A stretch of DNA of 32,000 nucleotides from Pararhizobium sp. IMCC21322 (GCF_030758295.1 NZ_CP132335.1:812412-844411), one strand, 5' to 3'. Counted from the stretch's first letter, positions 5,659 to 14,471 are shown. The notes: a model not told the origin generated them from the letters alone. Translations and numbers: made by a program.

Positions 5659-6738
5659 ATGTTGCGCAAGTCACAATCCAGATCCGAGCGTGCCCAGCTG
5701 GAGCTTTTCTATGCTTCCAGCGCCGATCCTGCCCCGCGCGATGCGCAGGATTTGATGGCATATCCCTTCTTCAGCCTGTCCAAAACGCACCGCACCCGCC
5801 CGATCGACTATGACGTCGCAGGTGTCGTAATCCGCGTCGAAGCGGTCCCCGAGCACGGGATGGCGACGATCTGGGATGCGGACATCCTGATCTGGGCCGC
5901 AAGCCATTTGGTCGAGGCCCGCGATGCCGGGCTGCGGACATCGCGCCTGATGGCGGCGACGCCCTATGAAATCCTGACCTTCATCGGTCGCGGCGTCAGT
6001 TCGCGCGACTATCAGCGTCTCAAGGCGGCTCTCGACCGCCTACAATCGACCACCGTCGCGACGACCATACGCCAACCCGCGTCAGGGCGGCGCCACCGTT
6101 TCTCCTGGATCAACGAATGGGTCGAGCGCACCGACCACCGCGGCAAGCCTGCCGGTGTCGAGTTGATCGTGCCGGACTGGTTCTATCGCGCGGTGCTCGA
6201 CGATGCGCTAATCCTCACCATTGACCGTGCTTACTTCTCCCTCACGGGAGGGTTCGACCGCTGGCTTTACCGCGTCGTTCGCAAGCACGGCGGACGGCAA
6301 CGGAACGGTTGGCGTTTCGAGTTACGTCATCTCTATCTGAAGTCGGGCAGCCTCTCTCCGTTCAAACGCTTCGCGTTCGAATTACGCGATATCGTCCGCC
6401 GTCAGCCATTGCCCGGCTACGTCCTGTCGATCGAAGTCGAGATCGGCGGCAAAACGTTGCTCGCCTTCGAGCCTGCGAGCGTCCCGGCACCTTGTGGACA
6501 ATCTGTGGATGGCCTCGTGCTATCGGGAACCCGGCCTATCGTGCCATCGGGAACCGGAGTGTCGTGCTATCGGGAACCGAAACCGGCGCTAACACCCCGC
6601 ACCAAAAGAGCAAATCGCACCCTTAACTTAGAGTCTAACTCAGAATCTAACTCTTGTAGTGGGCGTGCGGCTGTGAACAACGCTGCCCCGGCAGACGACA
6701 TCGGAGACAATGATGCTTCTTCGGGAACTGCGTCATGA
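5659..6738 (+). CDS. repA: Replication initiator protein A (RPA family) with an unusual ~80-aa C-terminal tail encoded by repeat DNA
   Basis: RDAQDLMAYPFFSLSKTHRTRPIDYD...IWDADILIWAASHL...DRAYFSLTGGFDRWLYRVVRKHGG matches my recollection of the RPA family. The tail after ..LLAFEPAS is low-complexity and overlaps the iteron array. Confidence 0.8.
   Translation: MLRKSQSRSERAQLELFYASSADPAPRDAQDLMAYPFFSLSKTHRTRPIDYDVAGVVIRVEAVPEHGMATIWDADILIWAASHLVEARDAGLRTSRLMAATPYEILTFIGRGVSSRDYQRLKAALDRLQSTTVATTIRQPASGRRHRFSWINEWVERTDHRGKPAGVELIVPDWFYRAVLDDALILTIDRAYFSLTGGFDRWLYRVVRKHGGRQRNGWRFELRHLYLKSGSLSPFKRFAFELRDIVRRQPLPGYVLSIEVEIGGKTLLAFEPASVPAPCGQSVDGLVLSGTRPIVPSGTGVSCYREPKPALTPRTKRANRTLNLESNSESNSCSGRAAVNNAAPADDIGDNDASSGTAS
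6493..6658. other. Origin-like array: two DnaA-box-like 9-mers, three iterons, then an AT-rich block of three tandem 12-mers
   Basis: TGTGGACAA (6493-6501) matches 8/9 and TGTGGATGG (6504-6512) matches 7/9 to the complement of TTATCCACA. The iterons span 6516-6578. The tandem 12-mers ttaacttagagt / ctaactcagaat / ctaactcttgta occupy 6623-6658, the most AT-rich stretch of this gene. Confidence 0.5.
6516..6578. repeat. Three 16-bp direct repeats (iteron-like): cgtgcTatcgggaacc, cgtgcCatcgggaacc, cgtgcTatcgggaacc
   Basis: The copies lie at 6516-6531, 6540-6555 and 6563-6578, with spacings of 24 and 23 bp. Copy 3 is read in a different codon phase from copies 1 and 2 (VLSGT / VPSGT / CYREP), so conservation is at DNA level rather than protein level. 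Confidence 0.8.
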
Positions 6739-7256
6739 ACTCACCCGCAGCATTCAAGAAAGGTGCGCAACGCGAGGCGACTGACCGTCAGTCGGACGCC
6801 CTTACCCATGTCGAATTGATCTGGTTCGAGAAGCGAACCGAATACTGGATCCGCTTTGGCCAACAAGCCGGTGAGCGCGTCATCGATCGCCGTCGCCGCG
6901 TCGTCAGCTTCGCGCCCGGACAGGTTTTTGCGTTCGTCCGCTGGGCATCGAACGACTACGGCACTGTCCTCTCTTGCATCGATATCTTGCGCGCCGTCTG
7001 TCGCGGTGAGCCATATCAGACGCTGCCGTCCGTGCAGCCCGGCGGCGATGTTTTACTGACCATCACGGGGTGGCCGAAGGTTGAACGGGTGTTGCAGGTC
7101 ATCGATGCGATCGAGGCATTTGGCATCGATCCGGTCGATGTCACGCCCGACCATTGGCGGCACGTGCACAACCGGATGGCTGCACGCCAGACACCGCGCA
7201 CCTACACGCAAACCCGCCATGCCGCCTGGATCAAACGTCGGAGGGTGGGCCGATGA
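6735..7256 (+). CDS. DUF2840 domain protein
   Basis: THVELIWFEKRTEYWIRFG...FAFVRWASNDYGTVLSCIDILRAV fits DUF2840 as I remember it. The start overlaps the repA stop codon (ATGA at 6735-6738). Confidence 0.75.
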   Translation: MNSPAAFKKGAQREATDRQSDALTHVELIWFEKRTEYWIRFGQQAGERVIDRRRRVVSFAPGQVFAFVRWASNDYGTVLSCIDILRAVCRGEPYQTLPSVQPGGDVLLTITGWPKVERVLQVIDAIEAFGIDPVDVTPDHWRHVHNRMAARQTPRTYTQTRHAAWIKRRRVGR

Positions 7257-7795
7257 AACGCCGCGCATGGTCGCTTATCGGTGCTGCGGCAGTTGGCGCG
7301 ATTGCCTTTCCGGCGTTTGTCGAAACACCCGATACCTTCATCTGGAACGTCACGCCGTCCGCGCCTATCGGACTCTACGAAGTGCGACCTGTCGCGCAGC
7401 TTCAAAGGACCGAACTGGTCGTCCTCGAAGCTCCACAACCGCTCGAAAGTTTCCTCGCCGAACGCGGCTATCTGCCGCCGAATATTCCCCTCCTGAAGCG
7501 CGTCGTCGGTGTGCCGGGGCAGACCGTCTGCCGTATCGGTCGCACCATCACCGTCGACGGCACTGTGATGGGTAACGCTCAACAGCGCGACAGTTTCGGG
7601 CGTCCGATGCCGGTCTGGAGCGGATGCCAGCGCATCGCTCCAAATGAAATTTTTCTCATGAATCGCGACGCCGAGAACAGTCTCGACGGGCGATATTTCG
7701 GACCCGTTCCCGCCCATTCGATCACCGGCTTGGCGGTCCCAGTGTGGACCATCGAGCCCGGCACGGGCCGTTACCGCTGGCGCGCCGCCCAATGA
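7253..7795 (+). CDS. traF: Conjugative S26-family signal peptidase TraF
   Basis: An N-terminal signal-anchor (MKRRAWSLIGAAAVGAIAF) is followed by NVTPSAPIGLY, LLKRVVGVPGQ and NSLDGRYFGPVP peptidase S26/TraF motifs. ATG 7253 overlaps the DUF2840 stop codon (ATGA). The listed start at 7154 is an off-frame overlap. Confidence 0.85.
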   Translation: MKRRAWSLIGAAAVGAIAFPAFVETPDTFIWNVTPSAPIGLYEVRPVAQLQRTELVVLEAPQPLESFLAERGYLPPNIPLLKRVVGVPGQTVCRIGRTITVDGTVMGNAQQRDSFGRPMPVWSGCQRIAPNEIFLMNRDAENSLDGRYFGPVPAHSITGLAVPVWTIEPGTGRYRWRAAQ

Positions 7796-7841
7796 ACGGC
7801 ACGCCGAACCTCCCACCAACGCCAGATGAAAGGACATTCCC

Positions 7842-8180
7842 ATGGCACATATCGGACATTTCACGCGCACCAAAGATGGTTATCGAGGCCACCTGAAAAC
7901 GCTCACCCTCGACGCCGAACTCACCCTCGTTCCGGCAGAGCAAACCGACGCCGAGAATGCACCCGACTACCGGGTTCACATCGGTGCAGACATGGAAGCC
8001 CATGAAATCGGTGCAGGTTGGAAACGCACCGGCGAGAAGGCTGGCGACTATGTTTCGCTGGTGATCGATGATCCGGCTTTGCCGCATCCGATCCATGCGA
8101 ACTTGTTCCACTCGGTCAGCGAGAACGAAACCTATTTGCTGACCTGGAACCGGCCGCGCAAACGCCGCGAAAATGGGTAA
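7842..8180 (+). CDS. DUF736 domain protein (copy 2)
   Basis: MAHIGHFTRTKDGYRGHLKTLTL..NAPDYRV..GAGWKRTGEKAGDYVSLVIDDPALPHPIHANLF..YLLTWNRP has the same motif order as copy 1 at 3142..3462. Confidence 0.85.
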   Translation: MAHIGHFTRTKDGYRGHLKTLTLDAELTLVPAEQTDAENAPDYRVHIGADMEAHEIGAGWKRTGEKAGDYVSLVIDDPALPHPIHANLFHSVSENETYLLTWNRPRKRRENG

Positions 8181-8184
8181 GGCG

Positions 8185-8943
8185 ATGCGCAACGCTCATC
8201 ACCGCACGACTGCCGGACATCAACAGATCGTCCGGTTCGTCGCCCTCCTTCTCCTTTCCGGCCTGCTCGTCGGTGCCGCCCTGCCGTCCGTCACAGTCGC
8301 GCAGCGCGCTTCGATAGAGCGCCCGGCCGCCGATCCCTATGCCGCGCATATTGCAGAGGCGTCGCAGAGATTCCGCATCCCCGAGCGCTGGATACGCGCC
8401 GTCATGCGCGTCGAAAGCGCTGGCCGGGTGCGGGCGGTGTCCAGCGTGGGCGCGATGGGCCTGATGCAGATCATGCCAGGCACTTGGGCGGGACTTCGTA
8501 TCCGCCACCGACTTGGCCGCGACCCCTTCGATCCGCGCGACAACATTCTTGGCGGCACGGCGTACCTGCGCGAGATGTACGACCGGTTCGGTTCGCCCGG
8601 TTTCCTCGCGGCCTACAATGCCGGTCCTGGACGCTACGAAGATCATCTCGCGACCGGTCGGGCGCTGCCACGCGAGACGCGCGCCTACATGGCGACCCTG
8701 TTGCCGATGATTGGTTTAGCGTCGTCGAATGGCTCCTCGACAACCGTGCCCGCACCACCGGATTGGCGCGAAGCTCCGCTGTTCGTCGAACGCTCCGAAC
8801 GTAAATCGACTGCAAATCCCGTGCAGCAAGAACGCCGAACGTCTGGAGTCCCGCCGACGCCTCCAGCACGCAACCGCGACGCGCAAAGCGAGCAACCGGA
8901 CGGCATCTTTATCGCCCAGTCACGCGATGAGAGGACACCATGA
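8185..8943 (+). CDS. Lytic transglycosylase (SLT domain) with signal peptide; the alternative start is 8173
   Basis: AVMRVESAGRVRAVSSVGAMGLMQIMPGTWAGL...GGTAYLREMYDRFG..LAAYNAGPGRY carries the catalytic ES and the GLMQ and AYNAG motifs. Confidence 0.9.
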   Translation: MRNAHHRTTAGHQQIVRFVALLLLSGLLVGAALPSVTVAQRASIERPAADPYAAHIAEASQRFRIPERWIRAVMRVESAGRVRAVSSVGAMGLMQIMPGTWAGLRIRHRLGRDPFDPRDNILGGTAYLREMYDRFGSPGFLAAYNAGPGRYEDHLATGRALPRETRAYMATLLPMIGLASSNGSSTTVPAPPDWREAPLFVERSERKSTANPVQQERRTSGVPPTPPARNRDAQSEQPDGIFIAQSRDERTP

Positions 8944-9076
8944 TGATCGCAATCGCATTTCGCACTTTCGGAGGCAGCAGCGCAGTACGGCGTGTGTTGA
9001 GGGGAAAGGTCAGAAATTGGGAGAGGGGATGGCGAGATAAAAGGGCACGATGTGCGCCTCGGTTGTGGGGTGTGTT

Positions 9077-9140
9077 TTCAAAGGGTTATGCTTTGAATTC
9101 ACGAGGTGCGCTTGAACAGCGCAGCCTGCATCCATCCTGC
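9077..9140 (+). promoter_or_regulatory. Candidate oriT: two hairpins followed by an ATCCTG/C nick-type motif in the 245-bp gap upstream of the relaxase gene
   Basis: IR1 is ttcaaag-ggttatg-ctttgaa (9077-9097). IR2 is tgcgct-tgaac-agcgca (9107-9123). ATCCTGC at 9134-9140 matches the conserved nick core of RP4 oriT and Ti T-DNA borders (MOBP/VirD2-type relaxases). Confidence 0.5.
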
Positions 9141-9187
9141 TTTCCGAGTGATTTCAATACGTTTGCGCGATGTGCGGGTTTCGCACC

Positions 9188-10927
9188 ATGAGCAACGACG
9201 ATGATTTCCACATCCGCCCTGGCCGCATTCGGTCATCGTCAAGTCAGCGCGCGCGGCCCTTCGTTGCTCAGGCCTTAGCTGCAGCACAGCGTGCTGGCGG
9301 CAATGTCTCGCGCTCGGGAAAGATCACGCCGGGCAATCGCTCATATTTTGGGCGCGGCAAGCGTGCCAGCGTGCAGGCCAATCGCTGGCTAACCAGCAGA
9401 TCGCGCAACGCCGTCATCAAGACCCGTGTCGTTCGGCACAACGCTCGAAGCGCTCCCTTAGCAACCCATCTCACTTACCTGCGCCGCGAGGGCGTCACCC
9501 GTGATGGGGAGAAGGCAAAGCTGTTCGGTCCAGACATCGAAGAGATCGCTCCAAGCGAGTTCGCTGAACGGTGTGAAGACGACCGCCACCATTTTCGGTT
9601 CATCGTGTCGCCGGAGGACGCAGTAGAGATGACAGACCTTAAATCCTTCACCCGCGATCTGATGCGTCAGGCGGAAAAGGATCTGGGCACCAAACTCGAT
9701 TGGGTCGGTGTCGATCACTGGAATACCGAGCACCCACATATCCATGTCATCGCACGCGGGCGTGCCGACGATGGCGAAGACCTCGTTATTGCCCGCGATT
9801 ACATCAAGGATGGGATGCGTGCCCGCGCGCAGGATCTGATTTCGCAGGAGCTCGGCCTTCGCACTGACCGGGATATCCAGAATACCCTCGAACGACAGAT
9901 CGATGCTGAGCGCTGGACCAGTTTGGACCGACAGCTCGCGCGCGACGGTGAGCGCTCAGGCGTAATTGACCTCGCCCCACGTCGCGGCGGGCAGCTCGAC
10001 GGTCTCCAGGCTCTGAAAGTCGGACGCCTGCGCAGGCTGGAAAAGCTGAACCTCGCCGATCAAATTGGTCCCGGACAATGGGTGATGAAGGACACCGCCG
10101 AGACGACCTTGCGTGAATTGGGCGAGCGCGGCGATATCATCAAACGCATCCACCGCGGGTTGACCGAACGCGGCATCGAACGCGGTACATCGAGCTATGT
10201 CCTGGCAGGCGAAAGGATCGACCATCCCGTCATCGGACGGCTTGTCGATCGTGGTCTCGACGATGAACTCATGGGAACGGCTTATGCAGTGATCGACGGT
10301 GTCGATGGCCGCACCCATCATATCAAACTACCCCACATTGACGCCGCCGGAGACAACACGCTGGGATCGATCGTTGAGTTGCGCAAGTTCGAGGACCGCA
10401 GAGGCCGAGCACGGGTCGCGCTAGCCGTGCGGTCCGATCTGTCCATCGAGAAGCAGGTGAGGGCAACCGGCGCGACCTGGCTGGATCGGGAAGCCATCGC
10501 CCGGGAACCGAGCGCGCTTGGCAGTGGCGGATTCGGCGCGGAGGTCTCTGCCGCACTGGATCGACGTGCCGACCATCTGATCGAAGAAGGCTTGGCCAAA
10601 CGGCAAGGGCAATGCGTCATCTTCAATCGTAATTTGCTCAATACGCTGCGCCAACGCGAACTGACGAATGTTGGTGAGACGCTCGTGACCGAGACCGGGC
10701 TCCCCCAGAAGCAATCCGCGGCAGGCGAGTATGTGGCCGGCATCTATCAGCGGCGCGTTGCATTGGCCTCGGGCCGCTTCGCCATGATCGGCGACGAGCT
10801 CGGCTTCCAGCTCGTGCCCTGGACACCCTCCATCGAAAAGCATCTCGGCCAGCACGTCTCAGGCATCGCCCGCAGCAATGGCGGTGTCGATTGGGATTTC
10901 GGCCGCAAGCGCGGGATCGGGCTGTAG
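9188..10927 (+). CDS. Relaxase/mobilization nuclease (VirD2/MOBP-like N-terminus, DUF3363-type C-terminus)
   Basis: The start MSNDDDFHIRPGRIR is typical of the family, and the 3-His motif DHWNTEHPHIHVIARG is present. Its position directly upstream of traG fits. Confidence 0.85.
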   Translation: MSNDDDFHIRPGRIRSSSSQRARPFVAQALAAAQRAGGNVSRSGKITPGNRSYFGRGKRASVQANRWLTSRSRNAVIKTRVVRHNARSAPLATHLTYLRREGVTRDGEKAKLFGPDIEEIAPSEFAERCEDDRHHFRFIVSPEDAVEMTDLKSFTRDLMRQAEKDLGTKLDWVGVDHWNTEHPHIHVIARGRADDGEDLVIARDYIKDGMRARAQDLISQELGLRTDRDIQNTLERQIDAERWTSLDRQLARDGERSGVIDLAPRRGGQLDGLQALKVGRLRRLEKLNLADQIGPGQWVMKDTAETTLRELGERGDIIKRIHRGLTERGIERGTSSYVLAGERIDHPVIGRLVDRGLDDELMGTAYAVIDGVDGRTHHIKLPHIDAAGDNTLGSIVELRKFEDRRGRARVALAVRSDLSIEKQVRATGATWLDREAIAREPSALGSGGFGAEVSAALDRRADHLIEEGLAKRQGQCVIFNRNLLNTLRQRELTNVGETLVTETGLPQKQSAAGEYVAGIYQRRVALASGRFAMIGDELGFQLVPWTPSIEKHLGQHVSGIARSNGGVDWDFGRKRGIGL

Positions 10928-10946
10928 CGCCCGGAAAGGAAAAGAG

Positions 10947-12932
10947 ATGAACGCGACAAAAATTCTCTGGGGCCAGATCGTCTTCGTATCGATGATCGTT
11001 CTCGGTACGACATGGGCGGCAACGCAGTGGACAGCCTGGCGGCTGGGGTTCCAGCCGCAGCTTGGAATGCCATGGTTCGACCTGCTCGGATGGCCGGTCT
11101 ACTACCCGCCGGCGTTCTTCTGGTGGTGGTATGCCTATGACGCCTATGCGCCGCCGATCTTCATCGAAGGCGCGTTCATTGCCGCATCGGGCGGGTTCCT
11201 CGCCGTTGCCGTGGCGATCACCATGTCGGTCTATCGCGCCCGGGAAGCGGAGAACGTCGCCACCTACGGATCGGCCCGTTGGGCGGACCAGAATGAGATC
11301 AGGAAGGAGGGCCTGCTCGGCTCAGATGGTGTGGTGCTGGGACAACTGAGCCAAGAATATTTACGCCACGATGGTCCCGAGCACGTCCTGTGCTTCGCGC
11401 CGACGCGGTCCGGCAAGGGAGTGGGTCTCGTGATCCCGACGCTTCTTGCCTGGCCGGGCTCGGCCATCGTCCACGACATCAAGGGGGAGAACTGGCAGAT
11501 CACTTCGGGGTTCCGTGCAAAACACGGAACGGTGCTGCTGTTCGACCCAACCAATTCCAAATCGTCCGCTTACAATCCGCTGCTCGAAGTACGCCGCGGC
11601 GAATGGGAAGTGCGCGACGTCCAGAATATCGCCGACATCCTAGTGGACCCAGAAGGCTCGTTGGAAAAACGCAATCACTGGGAGAAGACAAGCCACGCGC
11701 TGCTCGTCGGCGTGATCCTGCATGTCCTCTATGCCGAGGAGAACAAAACGCTGGCCGGTGTTGCGGCCTTTCTCTCCGATCCGAAGCGCCCAATAGAAAC
11801 GACGCTCCGGGCGATGATGGCAGCAGCACATCTCGGCGATGCTGGCCCGCATCCCGTTGTCGCCAGTGCGGCGCGTGAACTCCTGAACAAATCCGATAAT
11901 GAACGCTCGGGCGTCCTGTCGACTGCCATGTCGTTCCTCGGCCTCTACCGCGATCCCGTCGTCGCCAAGGTGACGCGCCAATGCGACTGGCGCATCTCCG
12001 ATCTCGTCGAAAGCGAGCGGCCGGTTACACTCTACCTTGTCGTCCCGCCTTCTGACATCAACCGGACCAAACCGCTGATCCGGCTGATCCTGAATCAGAT
12101 TGGGCGGCGGCTGACTGAGGATCTGCAAAGTCACGCCAGGCGACACCGCCTGCTTCTGATGCTGGACGAGTTTCCCGCGCTGGGACGCCTCGACTTTTTC
12201 GAAAGCGCTCTGGCCTTCATGGCAGGCTATGGCCTGAAGGCGTTTCTAATCGCGCAGTCTCTCAACCAGATCGAGAAGGCTTACGGACCGAACAATTCGA
12301 TCCTCGACAATTGCCACGTTCGGGTGAGCTTCGCGACCAACGACGAGCGCACTGCAAAGCGCGTTTCCGACGCGCTCGGTACAGCAACCGAGATGCGCGC
12401 GATGAAAAACTATGCGGGCCACCGGCTGTCGCCATGGCTCGGGCACCTGATGGTCAGCCGACAGGAGACTGCGCGCGCCTTGTTGACGCCCGGCGAAGTC
12501 ATGCAACTGCCCCCAACCGACGAGATTGTCATGGTCGCAGGCATCGCGCCGATCCGCGCGCAGAAGGCGCGTTATTATGAAGATCCGCAGTTCCAGCAGC
12601 GTGTTCTGCCGCCACCTGCCCTTGAAAATACAACGGCTACGAAGACGGATCCCTGGACCGAAATGCCAATACCGGTGCAGCCGGATGGCATGGAAGAAAA
12701 TGAAAGCGAACAACGAGAGGACGAAGACACCACTGGCTCCGAACCCCGTCGTCAACCCGAGCTGGAACGAACGAACCCCACCCCACCGAAAGCGCCCGCA
12801 CAGAACGAGTTCGATCTCGATCCGCACGACGATGATGGCGAGGATCCCGCGCAACTGCGCAATTTGAATGCCCGCGTTCGGCAGGTCGCGCGTCAGGCGT
12901 CGATGAACCCTGACGACGGCATCGACATGTGA
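10947..12932 (+). CDS. traG: Type IV coupling protein TraG (VirD4 family)
   Basis: N-terminal TM segments are followed by Walker A (FAPTRSGKGVGLVIPT) and Walker B (LLLMLDEFPALG). GGAAAGGAAAAGAG precedes ATG 10947. The listed start at 10878 overlaps the end of the relaxase gene. Confidence 0.9.
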   Translation: MNATKILWGQIVFVSMIVLGTTWAATQWTAWRLGFQPQLGMPWFDLLGWPVYYPPAFFWWWYAYDAYAPPIFIEGAFIAASGGFLAVAVAITMSVYRAREAENVATYGSARWADQNEIRKEGLLGSDGVVLGQLSQEYLRHDGPEHVLCFAPTRSGKGVGLVIPTLLAWPGSAIVHDIKGENWQITSGFRAKHGTVLLFDPTNSKSSAYNPLLEVRRGEWEVRDVQNIADILVDPEGSLEKRNHWEKTSHALLVGVILHVLYAEENKTLAGVAAFLSDPKRPIETTLRAMMAAAHLGDAGPHPVVASAARELLNKSDNERSGVLSTAMSFLGLYRDPVVAKVTRQCDWRISDLVESERPVTLYLVVPPSDINRTKPLIRLILNQIGRRLTEDLQSHARRHRLLLMLDEFPALGRLDFFESALAFMAGYGLKAFLIAQSLNQIEKAYGPNNSILDNCHVRVSFATNDERTAKRVSDALGTATEMRAMKNYAGHRLSPWLGHLMVSRQETARALLTPGEVMQLPPTDEIVMVAGIAPIRAQKARYYEDPQFQQRVLPPPALENTTATKTDPWTEMPIPVQPDGMEENESEQREDEDTTGSEPRRQPELERTNPTPPKAPAQNEFDLDPHDDDGEDPAQLRNLNARVRQVARQASMNPDDGIDM

Positions 12933-12943
12933 GGCGCATGACG

Positions 12944-13363
12944 ATGAAACAGCCTAAGAAACTACGTCTGTCGGTTTACGTCGATCCGGACATCATGAAC
13001 GCGCTTACGGAATATGCGGTGCGCCGGAATCACTCAAAGTCTCTGGTCGCTGAGGCCGCGATCGCCTCGTTCCTATCACCAGACGCCGCCGAGCGTCAGG
13101 AGGCAGCGACCACCAAACGTCTCGATAAGATCGACCGGCGTGTTTCGCGCGTGGAGCGTGATGTCAGTATTTCAGTCGAGAGCCTGGCACTTTTCATACG
13201 GTTCTGGCTGACCACCAACCCACCTCTGCCGGAAGCGGCGCAATCTGCTGGTAAGGCTCAGGCGGGAAAGCGATACGATGACTTTGTCGCTGCGCTCGGA
13301 CGCCGACTCGCGAAAGGCCCCGCGCTGCGGCAGGAGATTTCCGAGGACATACCGGATCGGTAA
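12944..13363 (+). CDS. Ribbon-helix-helix (CopG-like) regulator; alternative starts are 12929 (GTG) and 12938
   Basis: KKLRLSVYVDPDIMNALTEYAVRRNHSKSLVAEAAIASFL is a typical RHH beta-strand followed by two helices. The gene is conserved between traG and trbB in related elements, as far as I recall. Confidence 0.7.
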   Translation: MKQPKKLRLSVYVDPDIMNALTEYAVRRNHSKSLVAEAAIASFLSPDAAERQEAATTKRLDKIDRRVSRVERDVSISVESLALFIRFWLTTNPPLPEAAQSAGKAQAGKRYDDFVAALGRRLAKGPALRQEISEDIPDR

Positions 13364-13559
13364 TGCTGTCCAGTTCAAATGAGCTGGTGGCTGGTCCTGA
13401 CGCCAGATGTGGGAGCGTTTTAGAACCCTCCAACGAACTCTATCGCGACGACAGCAGCGTTTCACGTTGTCGTTGCAGTCAGGTATACTCATCTGAACAT
13501 CCGCTAATGGGTGGGAACGGAATGGCGGCTTACGGTGTTATCTCGTTATTAGTTGCAGT

Positions 13560-14471
13560 CTACGCCACCATTGTAGCAATAGCAGTGTCGAGAGAAACAA
13601 TCCCTGTTCTGTGATCGATTCCCGCATCATTGATAAAACTAATATGTCCCGAGTTAAGGCCCTGAGTCATCTCGACAAACCCATTCACAGCTACGGTTGA
13701 AAACCCTGCATTAGACAACGCCTCAGGCCACGCTGATTCAGACAGTGCAATAGGAACAACTATTTTTTCAAGCGCTTGGGTTAAACTATTTGCAACATCT
13801 TTTGGCGAATACCTGGCAGGTCCTTCCAGCTCAATTATCCTTACTTTGTACCAGTCTTCACATAAAGCTGCAGCAGCCATGCGCCCGATATCTTTAGTGG
13901 AAATCATTGGCAGTTTTTGCTCAACCGGTGCAAGAAAGCTGCGTAGTTCGCCATGTGTAGCGGCTTGAACTAAAGGGCTCCAATTCTCCATGAAATAAGC
14001 TGCGCGAAGAAATGTTACGGGTAATCCAGTTTGACCCAAAAACTTCTCAAGCGTTCTGTTCATGGCAATCCATCCTGTACCATCTGATTTATCAGCTCCT
14101 ATCGATGATAGAGCTACAACTTTCTTAAGTTGCGCATTGGCGACGGCTTCAGCGATGTTATGTGCCATGACTTCAGATTGCTCGAAAAGGTCATTCGAAT
14201 CATATTGCGGCGGACTGATTATATAAGCACGATCACCACCAGATAAGGCGCTACTTAAAGCCAATAAGTCAGTGAAGTCCGCGAGAACCACCTCTGCTCC
14301 TTGACTGGCCCATAGACCTCCTTTGGAATCGTCGCGCACCACAACCCGCACTCGCTTCCCCGCTTTTAATAAAGCGTGGGCTGCAGCCGAGCCAGTGCGT
14401 CCGCTAACACCAGTGACAACATATAATTCATTTTTATCGATCGGTTTCTTTTTTTCACGAAATGTTTGCAT
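13560..14471 (-). CDS. NmrA-family / atypical SDR NAD(P)-binding oxidoreductase
   Basis: An N-terminal Rossmann motif (VVTGVSGRTGSAAAHALLKAGKRVRVVVRD) is followed by ..LSSIGAD...FLRAAYFMENW, typical of NmrA-like proteins. Confidence 0.8.
   Translation of the reverse strand: MQTFREKKKPIDKNELYVVTGVSGRTGSAAAHALLKAGKRVRVVVRDDSKGGLWASQGAEVVLADFTDLLALSSALSGGDRAYIISPPQYDSNDLFEQSEVMAHNIAEAVANAQLKKVVALSSIGADKSDGTGWIAMNRTLEKFLGQTGLPVTFLRAAYFMENWSPLVQAATHGELRSFLAPVEQKLPMISTKDIGRMAAAALCEDWYKVRIIELEGPARYSPKDVANSLTQALEKIVVPIALSESAWPEALSNAGFSTVAVNGFVEMTQGLNSGHISFINDAGIDHRTGIVSLDTAIATMVA

Noticed and set aside
13507-13614. A 35-aa (or 30-aa from ATG 13522) hydrophobic single-TM ORF, MGGNGMAAYGVISLLVAVYATIVAIAVSRETIPVL, at the left edge of the AT-rich cassette, reminiscent of a type I toxin peptide.
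   Set aside because: Its last 55 nt are antisense to the Ala/Ile/Val-rich C-terminus of the NmrA gene, and antisense of hydrophobic codons is again hydrophobic. I found no clear promoter or antisense RNA structure. It is most likely an artefact, though Ribo-seq could revisit it.
14281-14400. A local GC bump (~60% in two sampled lines) inside the otherwise ~35-45% GC NmrA gene, which could suggest a mosaic gene.
   Set aside because: The segment encodes the Gly/Ala/Arg/Val-rich Rossmann motif (GVSGRTGSAAAHALLKAGKRVRVVVRD), whose codons are intrinsically GC-rich. Amino-acid composition explains the bump.
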